From: a virus | Lineage: Duplodnaviria; Caudoviricetes | Length of the DNA: 64,000 nt | IMG/VR virus record: IMGVR_UViG_2851870198_000001 | Span: 1-64,000 of that record | Direction: 5' to 3' (one strand) | Shown: positions 53,657 to 62,325 of the stretch, in pieces | Numbering within the stretch: the first letter of the stretch is position 1 | Layout of the letters: each line of letters opens with the position of its first letter | The notes under the pieces: model-generated | What the model was told of the DNA's origin: nothing | Database searches by the model: none | The model's input: only the letters and a program-made list of their open reading frames with translations | Position numbers and translations under genes: made by a program

Positions 53657-56125
53657 TCACTGGTCACCGCCCTGCTCGCGGGTGCGGTAGCGCAGCCGGC
53701 AGCGGCAGTTGATGGTGAGGTGGATGGGGGCGAGCTGATCGCCGGGGAACCGCATCGGGTAGCCGTCGACCTGGTACGGCTCGGCGACGGGCAGGGTGGT
53801 GCCGTCCACGGCTTCGTGGGCGGGCCGTACGCGGTCGTCGCGGCGGGTGACCCAGGTGCGGATGATGCCCGGGCCGATCGCCGCGGCGGTGGCCTCCGCG
53901 GAGCCGTTGACGGTGGCGACGGCCGCTGTCTCCGCGGCGTCGGTGATCTTCGTGGCGGCCATGTCGCGGAACGCGGTCCGCGCGAGCGCGACCAGGTCGT
54001 CAATGTCCTCGGTGACGTCCTGCCCTTGTGTGAGCAGGGTGGTGATCGTGTCGAGGAAGGCGCGGGCGATGTTCTCGGCGGCCGCCACGGCGTCCAGGAC
54101 CGCGGCCGTGATGCGGGGCGATGCCTCCGCCGGCAGGGGCACGCCGAAGGCGTCCGCGGTGCGCTGGGCGGTGGTGGCCGCGATCCGGGTGAGGGACCGG
54201 GCGAGCGCGCTGGTGACTTCCTCCAGCCACCGGTCGGTGCCGACGATGCGGTCGACGTCCAGCGGAGTGGTGCCGCCGCGGCTGTCCTGGGGGCTCTGCG
54301 GCCGCCAGAACCGGGTGCCCTTGCGGGCCTTGGGGGAGCGCAGGCGGGCGGTGATGACGCCCTCCTGCCGGTCGAACAGGGACTCCAGCGCCAGGGCTAC
54401 GGCGTCGCGGGCGCGGTCGAAGTCGGTGTCGGTGACCTCGAACTCCGGCCCGACGTGCGGGCTCTGGTGGGGGAGTGCCTTGGTCTGCAGGGTGCGGGCG
54501 TCCTCGACGGCGGCCGCGGCCGCGCCCGGCTCCGTCTCGGGCATCTCGCGGGCGTCGGCGACGGCGGCGGCCGCTTCACCCGGCGCCGAGGGGACGGCGT
54601 CCGCGCGGGCCTCGGCGACCGCGCCGGCCGCCGCGCCCCGTTCGGCGCCCATGGCGTCGGCAGGCGCTTCGCCGCCCTCGGCGCGGGCCTGCGCGACCGC
54701 TTCCGCCGCGGCGCCCTCCCCGGGTCCGGCCCCGGGGTCGAGCGGCGCGTTCGGATCGCCGCCGGCCCCGGGCATGGGACCGCCCATGCCCATGCCCATG
54801 CCGCCTTGGTCGCCCTGGATGCCGAGCGCGGCCGCGTCCTGCGGGCGCAGCGGAACGGGCGCCTTCTGCGGGGAGATCCACAGGGCGCGGGAGTGCGCGT
54901 TGTTGTAGGCGGGCAGGCCCGCGCGGCGCCGGTACTCGTCAATGGAGATCAGGCCCGCCTCGAACTCCTCGCGGGCCTCCTGGCGGCGCTTGCGGCGCGG
55001 CAGCTCCAGGGCCTGCACGGTGGACGTGTCGTAGCGGATGGACAGGTCGGCGCCGCCGAGGTCACCGGCGAACGCGTCAGCGATCAGCGACAGGTGGCCG
55101 AGCTCGGTGTGAATCCAGAACCCGTACTCTTCCTGCTCCGCGTTGTCGAAGGTGCGCCCGGAGGCGTTGCCGGTGACCGACTCGGGAACACCGAACGCGC
55201 CGAGAATCTCGATCTTCGCGTTCTGCGCGGCGTGCTCGTAGGCCATCTCACGCGGGCGGGTGGCGAGGTCGACGTACGTCATGCCGCCCTGCCCGGCGCC
55301 GACGACGGACACGTGCCCGGCGTACTCGGAGCCGGGCAGGAACCGTGCCTCCAGCCGGTCCATGTCCGCGTCGGTGAGCGAGCTGGTGTCGACGGCCACG
55401 ATCCCGCCCGGGCGCGCGTCGTTCTTGATGAACGCCACGTTGTACATGCGCGACAGGTGGTCGAGCTCGATGCTGATGCCGGCCGCTTCCAGCGGGGTCT
55501 GCCCGGAGAACGGATCGGTCGGGTGCGGCTCACGGATCCAGCGCACGCGTTCGGGTTCGAGCTCACGGACGTGCCCGTACAGGGTCGTGAACTCGAAGTG
55601 CTTGATGTACTCGCCCTTGTCGTCCGGCACGGGGATGACCCGGTCCGGGGGCAGCAGGTCGAGGCGGGTGATGGTGCCGCGGTTGGAGCGCGTGACCTCC
55701 AAGAACGCGCCGCGCTTGGACAGCAGGATCTGCGCGGACAGCCGCCGCCGAAGCTGCGCGCCGGACTCCAGCGGGTTCGCCTTCGGGCCGTTCAGCAGCC
55801 GCAGCAGCGGATGGTCGTCTATGACCTCCTCGAACTCGCCGTCTTCGGTGAGGCCGCGCCCGATCTGCAGGGGGAGCCGGGCGGCGTGCTTGCCCATGGT
55901 GTCGATGGCCTTGTAGACCCAGATGACACGCTCGTATCCCTCGGTGACGACACGGCCGATGTCCCAGCCGTCCGCGCGGCCTTCGGTGCCCCAGATGTTG
56001 GTGGTACCGGCGTAGGCGGTGGACGTGTACCCGCCCGTCCACGTGATCGTTTTCGACTCGTCCGGTTGGGGGCCCGGCGTCTGCAGCATGTTGCGCAGCG
56101 CGGGGAACCAGCGGCGTCGCGCCAT
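53657..56125 (-). CDS. HK97-type portal protein fused to a C-terminal MuF (gpF-like) domain
   Basis: Portal motifs WVYKAIDTM, DHPLLRLLN, LLPPDRV, GQTPLEAA, EILGAFGVP; MuF motif RTWVTRRDDRVRPAHEAVDG...INCRC. Confidence 0.92.
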   Translation of the reverse strand: MARRRWFPALRNMLQTPGPQPDESKTITWTGGYTSTAYAGTTNIWGTEGRADGWDIGRVVTEGYERVIWVYKAIDTMGKHAARLPLQIGRGLTEDGEFEEVIDDHPLLRLLNGPKANPLESGAQLRRRLSAQILLSKRGAFLEVTRSNRGTITRLDLLPPDRVIPVPDDKGEYIKHFEFTTLYGHVRELEPERVRWIREPHPTDPFSGQTPLEAAGISIELDHLSRMYNVAFIKNDARPGGIVAVDTSSLTDADMDRLEARFLPGSEYAGHVSVVGAGQGGMTYVDLATRPREMAYEHAAQNAKIEILGAFGVPESVTGNASGRTFDNAEQEEYGFWIHTELGHLSLIADAFAGDLGGADLSIRYDTSTVQALELPRRKRRQEAREEFEAGLISIDEYRRRAGLPAYNNAHSRALWISPQKAPVPLRPQDAAALGIQGDQGGMGMGMGGPMPGAGGDPNAPLDPGAGPGEGAAAEAVAQARAEGGEAPADAMGAERGAAAGAVAEARADAVPSAPGEAAAAVADAREMPETEPGAAAAAVEDARTLQTKALPHQSPHVGPEFEVTDTDFDRARDAVALALESLFDRQEGVITARLRSPKARKGTRFWRPQSPQDSRGGTTPLDVDRIVGTDRWLEEVTSALARSLTRIAATTAQRTADAFGVPLPAEASPRITAAVLDAVAAAENIARAFLDTITTLLTQGQDVTEDIDDLVALARTAFRDMAATKITDAAETAAVATVNGSAEATAAAIGPGIIRTWVTRRDDRVRPAHEAVDGTTLPVAEPYQVDGYPMRFPGDQLAPIHLTINCRCRLRYRTREQGGDQ

Positions 56126-56126
56126 G

Positions 56127-56483
56127 TCACTCCTCCCCGCCGCTCAGCCACATGGCGACGGCCAGCAGGGAGCCGAACAGCACCGCCCAGGGGGTGATCC
56201 AGTACGCGCCCACGGTGGTCAGAGTCAGACCGAGCGTCAGCGTCACGTGCCCGGCGGCCCGGGAGCGGGGGGTGGCCGGCTCGTCGCGGAGGATGCTGCC
56301 GCCCGCGGTCGCGGTGACCAGGCCGATCAGGAGCAGCGCGACGGGCGGGAACGCTAGGTAGAGGGCTCCCAGCAGGCCGACCGTTCCGGCGGCGAACAGG
56401 AGCAGGCCTGTCACGTCGCGGGCGAGGCGTCGCCACGGCGCCGGATGGCTTGGGGGCGGTGGTGACTGCGTTGGAGGATTCAC
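56127..56483 (-). CDS. Membrane protein (~4 TM) upstream of portal
   Basis: Hydrophobic helices; promoter element 56510-56525 and -10 TACGGT 7 nt before the GTG. Confidence 0.7.
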   Translation of the reverse strand: MNPPTQSPPPPSHPAPWRRLARDVTGLLLFAAGTVGLLGALYLAFPPVALLLIGLVTATAGGSILRDEPATPRSRAAGHVTLTLGLTLTTVGAYWITPWAVLFGSLLAVAMWLSGGEE

Positions 56484-56540
56484 GCGGCGGACCGTAGGAA
56501 GGCCCGCGGGTTTGCGTCGCGGGCTACCCGGCGGCCGCGA

Positions 56541-56744
56541 TCACCAGGGCAGCCAGTCGCCCGAACCGCTCCCGGGGCTGCCGGGGCGGGACTCACCGGC
56601 GATGACGATGCAGGCGATGCCGAGCCAGGTGGCGACGGCCACGAGGATGCCGACCGTGGTGGCGACCTGGTCGTCACCGGTGTGTGCGTAGGTGAGGCAG
56701 CCGGACAGGCCGCCGAGGAGCAGGCCGAGGAGGAAGACGCGCAC
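56541..56744 (-). CDS. Small membrane protein (67 aa)
   Basis: GTG 56744 with AGGA RBS; two hydrophobic helices. Confidence 0.5.
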   Translation of the reverse strand: MRVFLLGLLLGGLSGCLTYAHTGDDQVATTVGILVAVATWLGIACIVIAGESRPGSPGSGSGDWLPW

Positions 56745-56754
56745 GGCGGGGGTC

Positions 56755-57198
56755 CTATCGGGCGGGGCGGGAGACGCCCGCGACGTAGGCGCTGATGCCG
56801 CGCCGCTGAATGTGGCCGCCGGGCACGAGCTTGGCGTTCGGCGGCGGGGTGGGGATCTTCCGCTTGGCGCGCACCGTCTGGTCGCCGCCGATGAGGTGCC
56901 GGTTGTCGACCAGGGCCTCGCAGTCGCGTCCGGCGACGTCCTCGTAGGGGCGGCGGCAGGCCCGGCAGTACACCTCAAGCGCATCGACGCGGATACCGCC
57001 CGCGGCAGTGAAGGAGCCGCGGAAGTCGGCTTGCTTCGCGACCCGGTCCTCGACCTTGATCTCCGCGGCGACGATCCACACGTGGGCGAGGGAATCGGTG
57101 GGCGCGGGGGCGGGAGGGGGCGGCGGGCTGTCGATCTGCTCGAAGAGATCAGCGAAGGGGGCGATCTCCAGTTGGTCCCGCACTACCGCTGTCGTCAC
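56755..57198 (-). CDS. Hypothetical protein with CxxC...C...H (possible Zn site)
   Basis: YCRACRRPYEDV...C...HLIGG; good codon bias. Confidence 0.65.
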   Translation of the reverse strand: MTTAVVRDQLEIAPFADLFEQIDSPPPPPAPAPTDSLAHVWIVAAEIKVEDRVAKQADFRGSFTAAGGIRVDALEVYCRACRRPYEDVAGRDCEALVDNRHLIGGDQTVRAKRKIPTPPPNAKLVPGGHIQRRGISAYVAGVSRPAR

Positions 57199-57302
57199 GT
57201 GGAAGTCCTCCGGTATCTCAGTGGCCCCCCAGCGTCAACGTCTCGCTGTCGTATGGACGGAGTGACCGCCCGTGGCGTTACACCTGGGCATGAGGAGGAA
57301 CG

Positions 57303-57332
57303 CAGGAACCCCCGCCGTGGCGGGGGTTCCTG
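57303..57332 (-). terminator. Intrinsic terminator closing the radical SAM-NUDIX operon
   Basis: CAGGAACCCCCGCC-GT-GGCGGGGGTTCCTG perfect stem 17 bp after the NUDIX stop. Confidence 0.75.
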
Positions 57333-57348
57333 GGCCAGGGAGGGACTT

Positions 57349-57780
57349 CTACCAGCCGTGCACGGAGAACGGTTCGCCCTTGAGGTAGTGGGCGATGCCC
57401 AGTGCGTTGTACGGGACGGTGTTGTCGGGGAGTTGGTCACTGGGGTGCCAGGACAGGCCCGCGCACTTGTGGGGCTCCATGTTGCGTGGCTCGCCCTCCC
57501 AGTGCCGGGCCGCGAAGAACCAGCCGATGCGGGGCTCCCCCTCCGGGTTGCGGAAGTGCATGACGTGCACGACCCGTAGGGCCTCCCGCGCGACGATGAT
57601 GCCGGTCTCTTCCAGGCCCTCGCGGATCACGGCCTCGAACACGTCCTCGCCGTCATCGAGTTTCCCGGAGGGGAGGTTCAGCATTCCGTCGGCGTAGCCG
57701 GTGCCCTGCCGTTCGGCAAGGCACACAGCTCCGTCCCGCTCCAGGATGAGCATGACGTCGATCACGGGCTGTTGGGGCAC
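57349..57780 (-). CDS. NUDIX hydrolase
   Basis: Nudix box GKLDDGEDVFEAVIREGLEETGI; GEPRNMEPHKC. Confidence 0.92.
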   Translation of the reverse strand: MPQQPVIDVMLILERDGAVCLAERQGTGYADGMLNLPSGKLDDGEDVFEAVIREGLEETGIIVAREALRVVHVMHFRNPEGEPRIGWFFAARHWEGEPRNMEPHKCAGLSWHPSDQLPDNTVPYNALGIAHYLKGEPFSVHGW

Positions 57781-57835
57781 TGTGCTTCGTCCTCCGACCG
57801 GTGGGGCGCTTGCCGGTAGGGGACTCTAGCGGCGC

Positions 57836-58450
57836 TCAGCCTGCGAGCAGCCCCATCTCTTCAACGCGTTTCACGGTCCACTGGACACGCTCCGCCGCGG
57901 TGAGGCCGAGCGGCATTTCCAGGATCGGCAGGTTCGGGACCCTGCTGAGGGTGTCGCGGATCGCGTCGTCCGCTGGGTCCTGCAGCGCGAGGACTTTCTC
58001 CCGCATGCGGTCGCCGCCGGCCTTCTGGTCGTACCGGTCGGAGCAGTACACGACCGCGTCGTACGCGTGAGGCATCCAGGCCCGGCAGAAGGCATCGGCC
58101 GCGCCCAGCACGGTCGCGGTCGCCGGTTCGGTGAGGTCCAGGACCAGGCTGGCGAGTGCCAGAACGTTCGCCGGGGTCTTGTCGGTGATGAGGACCTGGT
58201 GGTGGCGGGCGGCGCGCAGGGGCACCGTGAAGTGCTGCGCGAAGAGGTCGACCTCTGCCACGAGATCGAAGGTCCCTTGGTTGTGGAGGACGATGTCCTC
58301 CATGAACGGGCTGGTGCGGGCCGGCTCCCCGGTGCAGGCGGCGTTGATGCCCTGCTCACGCAGGTGCGCGGTCAGCGCGTGGACGAACGTCGTCTTGCCG
58401 GCCGCTTGGGTGCCTTCGACGGCGATAACGCGGCAGTCGCGGATGGGCAC
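57836..58450 (-). CDS. P-loop nucleoside/nucleotide kinase (dTMP kinase / NadR-Ttd14-like)
   Basis: IAVEGTQAAGKTT, GEPAR, LITDKT, YDAVVY. Confidence 0.75.
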   Translation of the reverse strand: MPIRDCRVIAVEGTQAAGKTTFVHALTAHLREQGINAACTGEPARTSPFMEDIVLHNQGTFDLVAEVDLFAQHFTVPLRAARHHQVLITDKTPANVLALASLVLDLTEPATATVLGAADAFCRAWMPHAYDAVVYCSDRYDQKAGGDRMREKVLALQDPADDAIRDTLSRVPNLPILEMPLGLTAAERVQWTVKRVEEMGLLAG

Positions 58451-59232
58451 GAGTCCTCCAGGAGTGCGGTGAAGGTGGGAGTTTCCAGCCAGCCCCAGGC
58501 GCCTTTGGCGCCGTCGGCGATGGCTCGGTTGACGTTCAGGCCGGGGTTCGGCCGGTGGGCGAGTCCGGCGGTGAGGGCGGCGACGTAGGCCGTCGAGAGG
58601 GAGTGGCGGAGGTTCAGCACGCTGACGCGTTCACGGCCTTCGGGCTCGCCGCCCTCGATCCAACGACGGTGCCAGGCAGGCATGGACGCCTTGCGTAGCT
58701 CGGGCTGGGTGACGTCCAGGCCGAGCTCCGTGCAGACGTCCACCAGGCGGCGGGAGGCGCCGGTGAGCAGGTGGCCGGCGTCGTACCGGGTGTCCACGTA
58801 GTGGCTGGCGTTCGGGTCGGCGTCGCGGCGCTGCCGCCACTGCTCGCGGGCCTGTTGCAGGGCGGGGACGGCGTCCGTGGGGGCGTTGGCCTCCAGCACG
58901 GACAAGTCCGCGCAGAACTGGTGCCCGGTGATGATGGTGGCCGTGTCCGCGGCCGCGGTGACCGTGTCCGCGGCGTGCCGGATCATGGCGTCCATCTCCC
59001 CGGGCTCCTCGACGTAGACACTGGTCCACTCGTACGGCACGTCTGTGAGGTCGGCCGTGCCACCGGCGGGCAGGTCGAGCCAGGCGACGCTGTAGCAGAA
59101 GGGCCGCTGACCGTTCTTGATCCTGTAGTTCTTCGTCCACTCGACATCGACGGACGCGATGCGCACCGTCCCGGAGCGCAACGGCGGGGGCGCCAAGGGG
59201 CGGGCGCTGGTCAAGCTGCTCTTGATGATCAT
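58372..59232 (-). CDS. DEDD/DnaQ-like 3'-5' exonuclease-fold protein
   Basis: ExoI-like ASVDVEW; ExoII-like ITGHQFCADLSVL; YVDTRYD; RLVDVCTELGL. Confidence 0.6.
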   Translation of the reverse strand: MIIKSSLTSARPLAPPPLRSGTVRIASVDVEWTKNYRIKNGQRPFCYSVAWLDLPAGGTADLTDVPYEWTSVYVEEPGEMDAMIRHAADTVTAAADTATIITGHQFCADLSVLEANAPTDAVPALQQAREQWRQRRDADPNASHYVDTRYDAGHLLTGASRRLVDVCTELGLDVTQPELRKASMPAWHRRWIEGGEPEGRERVSVLNLRHSLSTAYVAALTAGLAHRPNPGLNVNRAIADGAKGAWGWLETPTFTALLEDSCPSATAALSPSKAPKRPARRRSSTR

Positions 59233-59290
59233 GGGGTGTTCCTGCCGTAGGACGGGGCCGCGCGCCCGGTGCGCGCGGCCCCGTCGGACG

Positions 59291-60079
59291 CTACTCGTTG
59301 CGCGTGGCCGCCACGCCGCCCAGGAGAGAAGGCGCTGCCTCCCACGCGGCTTCGGACAGCGCGTCGAAGATGCTCAGCGGTCCCTCCCAGTGGAGCCGGC
59401 CCGTGTGCTTGCCCCCGAGGAGCGCCGTGGTGAGCGCTGAGGACAGGACGCTTCCGGCCAGGGCGTCCGGGGAGAACGCCGCGGCCCGTTCCTCCGCGAG
59501 GGCCTCACAGGCTTCCTGCGCGCTGGCCTGCTGCTGCTCGCCGGCGAACGACTTGAGCGGGTTCAGGCCGTGCGCGCTGGCGGTGTCGCTGATGAGTCCG
59601 GCCGGGCCCAGGTCGTGGCTGGTGTCCACACACAGGGCGATTCCCCGCTCCCGGGTGGTGCGGTCCTTCCAGGCGTCGGCGATGGCGGTCACGCCCGGGT
59701 AGCGCGGCTCGCCTTCGGCGCGGGGGAGCTGCTGGAGGACGTGCAGGTCGTCGGCACCGTTGTGCCAGGCGAGGACCTGCGACTTGCGGCGGGCCTGGAC
59801 GAGGAGGACGTCGAGCTGCCGGACGATCGCCGCCGTCTCGCCCATGGCCTGCGGTAAGAGGACCCGGTACCCGAAGTTCATGAGCGGGGCGGAGACGGGA
59901 ACGGACTGGGTGCGGTGGATCTTCATGAGCACCGCGGCGGCGCCCATGAGGATCGGTTCATCCCCGGCCTCACCCCACAGCAGAGAGATACCGGTCAGCC
60001 ACGTCGCCGGTTTCTGTACGGGCCGGGTGACCGACCCGAACGGCGTTTCGGGCCAGCCGAGGTTGGTGCGTTCCAGCAC
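59291..60079 (-). CDS. Degenerate exonuclease-fold paralogue; contains a TTA codon
   Basis: LAWHNGADDLHVL and CVDTSHDLG parallel the motifs of the neighbour; no ExoI acidic pair; TTA at 59855-59857. Confidence 0.5.
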   Translation of the reverse strand: MLERTNLGWPETPFGSVTRPVQKPATWLTGISLLWGEAGDEPILMGAAAVLMKIHRTQSVPVSAPLMNFGYRVLLPQAMGETAAIVRQLDVLLVQARRKSQVLAWHNGADDLHVLQQLPRAEGEPRYPGVTAIADAWKDRTTRERGIALCVDTSHDLGPAGLISDTASAHGLNPLKSFAGEQQQASAQEACEALAEERAAAFSPDALAGSVLSSALTTALLGGKHTGRLHWEGPLSIFDALSEAAWEAAPSLLGGVAATRNE

Positions 60080-60080
60080 G

Positions 60081-61058
60081 TCACACCCCCTGGGTGACGG
60101 CGTGGATTGAGCGGCCGACGTACTTGGAGATGTGGTTCTCCTTGAAGCGGTACCGCTCCCAGATGGCGCTGATGGGCTCCTCCAGGACGTTGCCCAGGTT
60201 CTCCCACAGGTCCGGCGCGTCGTAGACCGGCCACGCGCGGGCGATGCCGTTCGGCTCCACGACGATCATGTGCCCCTCGTTCTCGGGGGTCCACGCCGTC
60301 AGCCGCAGTGCCGGGGACCACTGCATCTCAGCGCGCTGCTCCTTGAGCCGCGCGAACGTGGTCTCGGCTTCCTCGGTGGTGATGAACTCGTGGTCGGCGA
60401 GGTTCAGCGCGTTGCCCTTGCGCAGGGGCAGGATCAGCTTGACCTTCGTGGCGTCCAGGACGTCGGCGATCTGCACGGTGTACGGCAGCACCGACAGGGT
60501 GGAGCGGTAGACCACGGCCGACAAGGCGAGGGGGATGCCGGCCTCTTGCAGCACCCGCACGCCGGCCATCGTCTTGTCGTAGTCGCCACGGACGCGTTTG
60601 AAAGCGGCGCGGGGTCCCTCGAACCCGACATTGGCGTATGCGATCTTGTCGGCGATGTTCTTCGCGTGGTCGAGGGCGTGTGTGGCGTTCGTGGGCACGG
60701 CCACGATGTGGTGCCCGTGGAAGATGTCCACGACCTCGCTGAAGTCTTTCCGCATCAGCGGCTCACCGCCGGACAGGAAGACCCGGCTGACGCCGGAGAG
60801 GTTCTGGCGGATGGTGTCGAGCTGGTCGAGGGTGGGGTCCGGCATCTGCAGGGTTTCGGAGCAGAACGAGCAGTCGAAGTCACAGCGCTTGGTGACCTGC
60901 ACGATCACTGACAGCGGCGCGGTGAGCGAGTCCGCGATGGCCTTGATGCTGAGGTCTGCCGGGGCGTCGAAGTGCTGGCCGTTGAAGGCGTATCCGACGC
61001 CTCCGCCGAGTTCCTGCCGGTTCTGCCTGGGGATATCGGGCATTCCGAGGTCGGTCAC
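60081..61058 (-). CDS. Radical SAM enzyme without SPASM cysteines (325 aa)
   Basis: GTG 61058 with GGAGG RBS; CDFDCSFC, FLSGGEPL, PTNA, RVRGDYDKTMAGVRVL. Confidence 0.9.
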   Translation of the reverse strand: MTDLGMPDIPRQNRQELGGGVGYAFNGQHFDAPADLSIKAIADSLTAPLSVIVQVTKRCDFDCSFCSETLQMPDPTLDQLDTIRQNLSGVSRVFLSGGEPLMRKDFSEVVDIFHGHHIVAVPTNATHALDHAKNIADKIAYANVGFEGPRAAFKRVRGDYDKTMAGVRVLQEAGIPLALSAVVYRSTLSVLPYTVQIADVLDATKVKLILPLRKGNALNLADHEFITTEEAETTFARLKEQRAEMQWSPALRLTAWTPENEGHMIVVEPNGIARAWPVYDAPDLWENLGNVLEEPISAIWERYRFKENHISKYVGRSIHAVTQGV

Positions 61059-61213
61059 GGTTCCTCCGTGTTCAGTTGGATGGAGCAGAACGGCCCGGCG
61101 CGGGGCGATGACCTGCCGTGGGGGAACACGGATCGGGCAGTTCGTTCCCGCGCCGGGAGTTGTGCCTGTCCGGCGGCTCGGCCAGGGGACATCCGGGCCG
61201 CCGGACAGGGGCT

Positions 61214-61903
61214 TTATGCGGTGCGCTCCAACTCCCACAGCAGTTGGTCCAGGCCGACGGCCCGGAAGGAGCCGAGTCGGCGCACCATTTGGGAGGCGAG
61301 GATGGTCGGCAGGAGTTTGTGGCCGTACGGGATCGGCCCGTCGGGGCGCTGCACGACCTGCACGCCGTGTTCGCCGTAGCCGTAGCCGACGCCGTTCACC
61401 CCGTACATGGGCGCGCTCTGCGCGAGGAACACCATCGGGTCGGGTGTGAGGTGCGGGCACAGGTCGGCGGCGGGGCGTGCGTGCTGGGCACACACCGGCG
61501 GCTGGTTCGTGAGGATCACCGGCTGCGCGGGGTCCACGGTGTCCGGGCCGGCGAGGAAGATGAACCCGAGCGGAGTCCGGGCGGGCTCGGCGCAGACCTG
61601 GCAGCGCAGCGCTTGCATGCAGCCGCGTTGCCGCAGGGGGTGCATCATCCGCCACTGCGGCCGGCCCGTCGGCCGTCCCTGGTCATCGACCGGGCCGAGC
61701 CCGCAGCGCGCCCACAGCACGCCGCGCAGGTCACGGTCGCGGGGGTCTTCGTCGGCGTAGCGCAGCCGGTAGCGGTCCGGCCCGATCGTGGTCAGCATCA
61801 GGTTGTCGGGGGCGGCTTCCTCGCCCTCGCGCTGGATGACGAACGGGACGATGCGGGAGTCGGGGAGCACGGTGGTCTTTCTCGTGGTGCGGTTGGTGGT
61901 CAC
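61214..61903 (-). CDS. Streptomyces-type hypothetical protein with Cys motifs (229 aa)
   Basis: GTGA overlap start; MHPLRQRGCMQALRCQVC, PPVCAQHA...CPHL. Confidence 0.7.
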   Translation of the reverse strand: MTTNRTTRKTTVLPDSRIVPFVIQREGEEAAPDNLMLTTIGPDRYRLRYADEDPRDRDLRGVLWARCGLGPVDDQGRPTGRPQWRMMHPLRQRGCMQALRCQVCAEPARTPLGFIFLAGPDTVDPAQPVILTNQPPVCAQHARPAADLCPHLTPDPMVFLAQSAPMYGVNGVGYGYGEHGVQVVQRPDGPIPYGHKLLPTILASQMVRRLGSFRAVGLDQLLWELERTA

Positions 61904-62325
61904 GCGGCCTCCTTGAGGCAGCGGATGGCGGCAAGCCGGTCGTGGAGTTCGTTGACGGTCCACCCCAGCCGGCGCAGGTGCGCTATCTCCGCCTGGCGGC
62001 CGTGAGGCAGGGGATCGGTGTGCAGGGCGCGGGCGCGCAGGACGAGCTGCGCCGCGGCGGTGTCCCGCTCGGCCTCGCCCGCCACGGCGATGGTGACCAG
62101 CCGGGCGAGGTGCTCGCGGAGCCGGTCGGCGAGCTGGGCGGTCTCTCCTTCGGCCGGGGGGACGTCGTCCAGGACGGCGGCCACGTCGTCCAGCAGGGCG
62201 CCACCGTCGAACGCGGTCCAGCCGCGAAGCCGGTCCAGCACGGTGGTGAGCTGCCCGCTGTCCAGGGGCGGCGTCCACGGGCGGACGGGACGCGTGAAGC
62301 GGGGGACGGTGTTGCGGGCGGTCAT
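61900..62325 (-). CDS. DUF6415-like small helical protein (141 aa)
   Basis: ATGA overlap start; LADRLREHLARLV...HLRRLGWTVNELHDRL; usual neighbour of XRE/ATPase cassettes. Confidence 0.6.
   Translation of the reverse strand: MTARNTVPRFTRPVRPWTPPLDSGQLTTVLDRLRGWTAFDGGALLDDVAAVLDDVPPAEGETAQLADRLREHLARLVTIAVAGEAERDTAAAQLVLRARALHTDPLPHGRQAEIAHLRRLGWTVNELHDRLAAIRCLKEAA

Noticed and set aside
61060-61215. RiPP precursor peptide for the radical SAM enzyme
   Set aside because: No convincing short ORF with an RBS; the enzyme lacks SPASM and RRE features; the neighbours are nucleotide enzymes.
61059-61655. 199-aa N-terminal extension of the radical SAM ORF
   Set aside because: It overlaps the real 61214..61903 gene in another frame; the GGAGG RBS supports GTG 61058.
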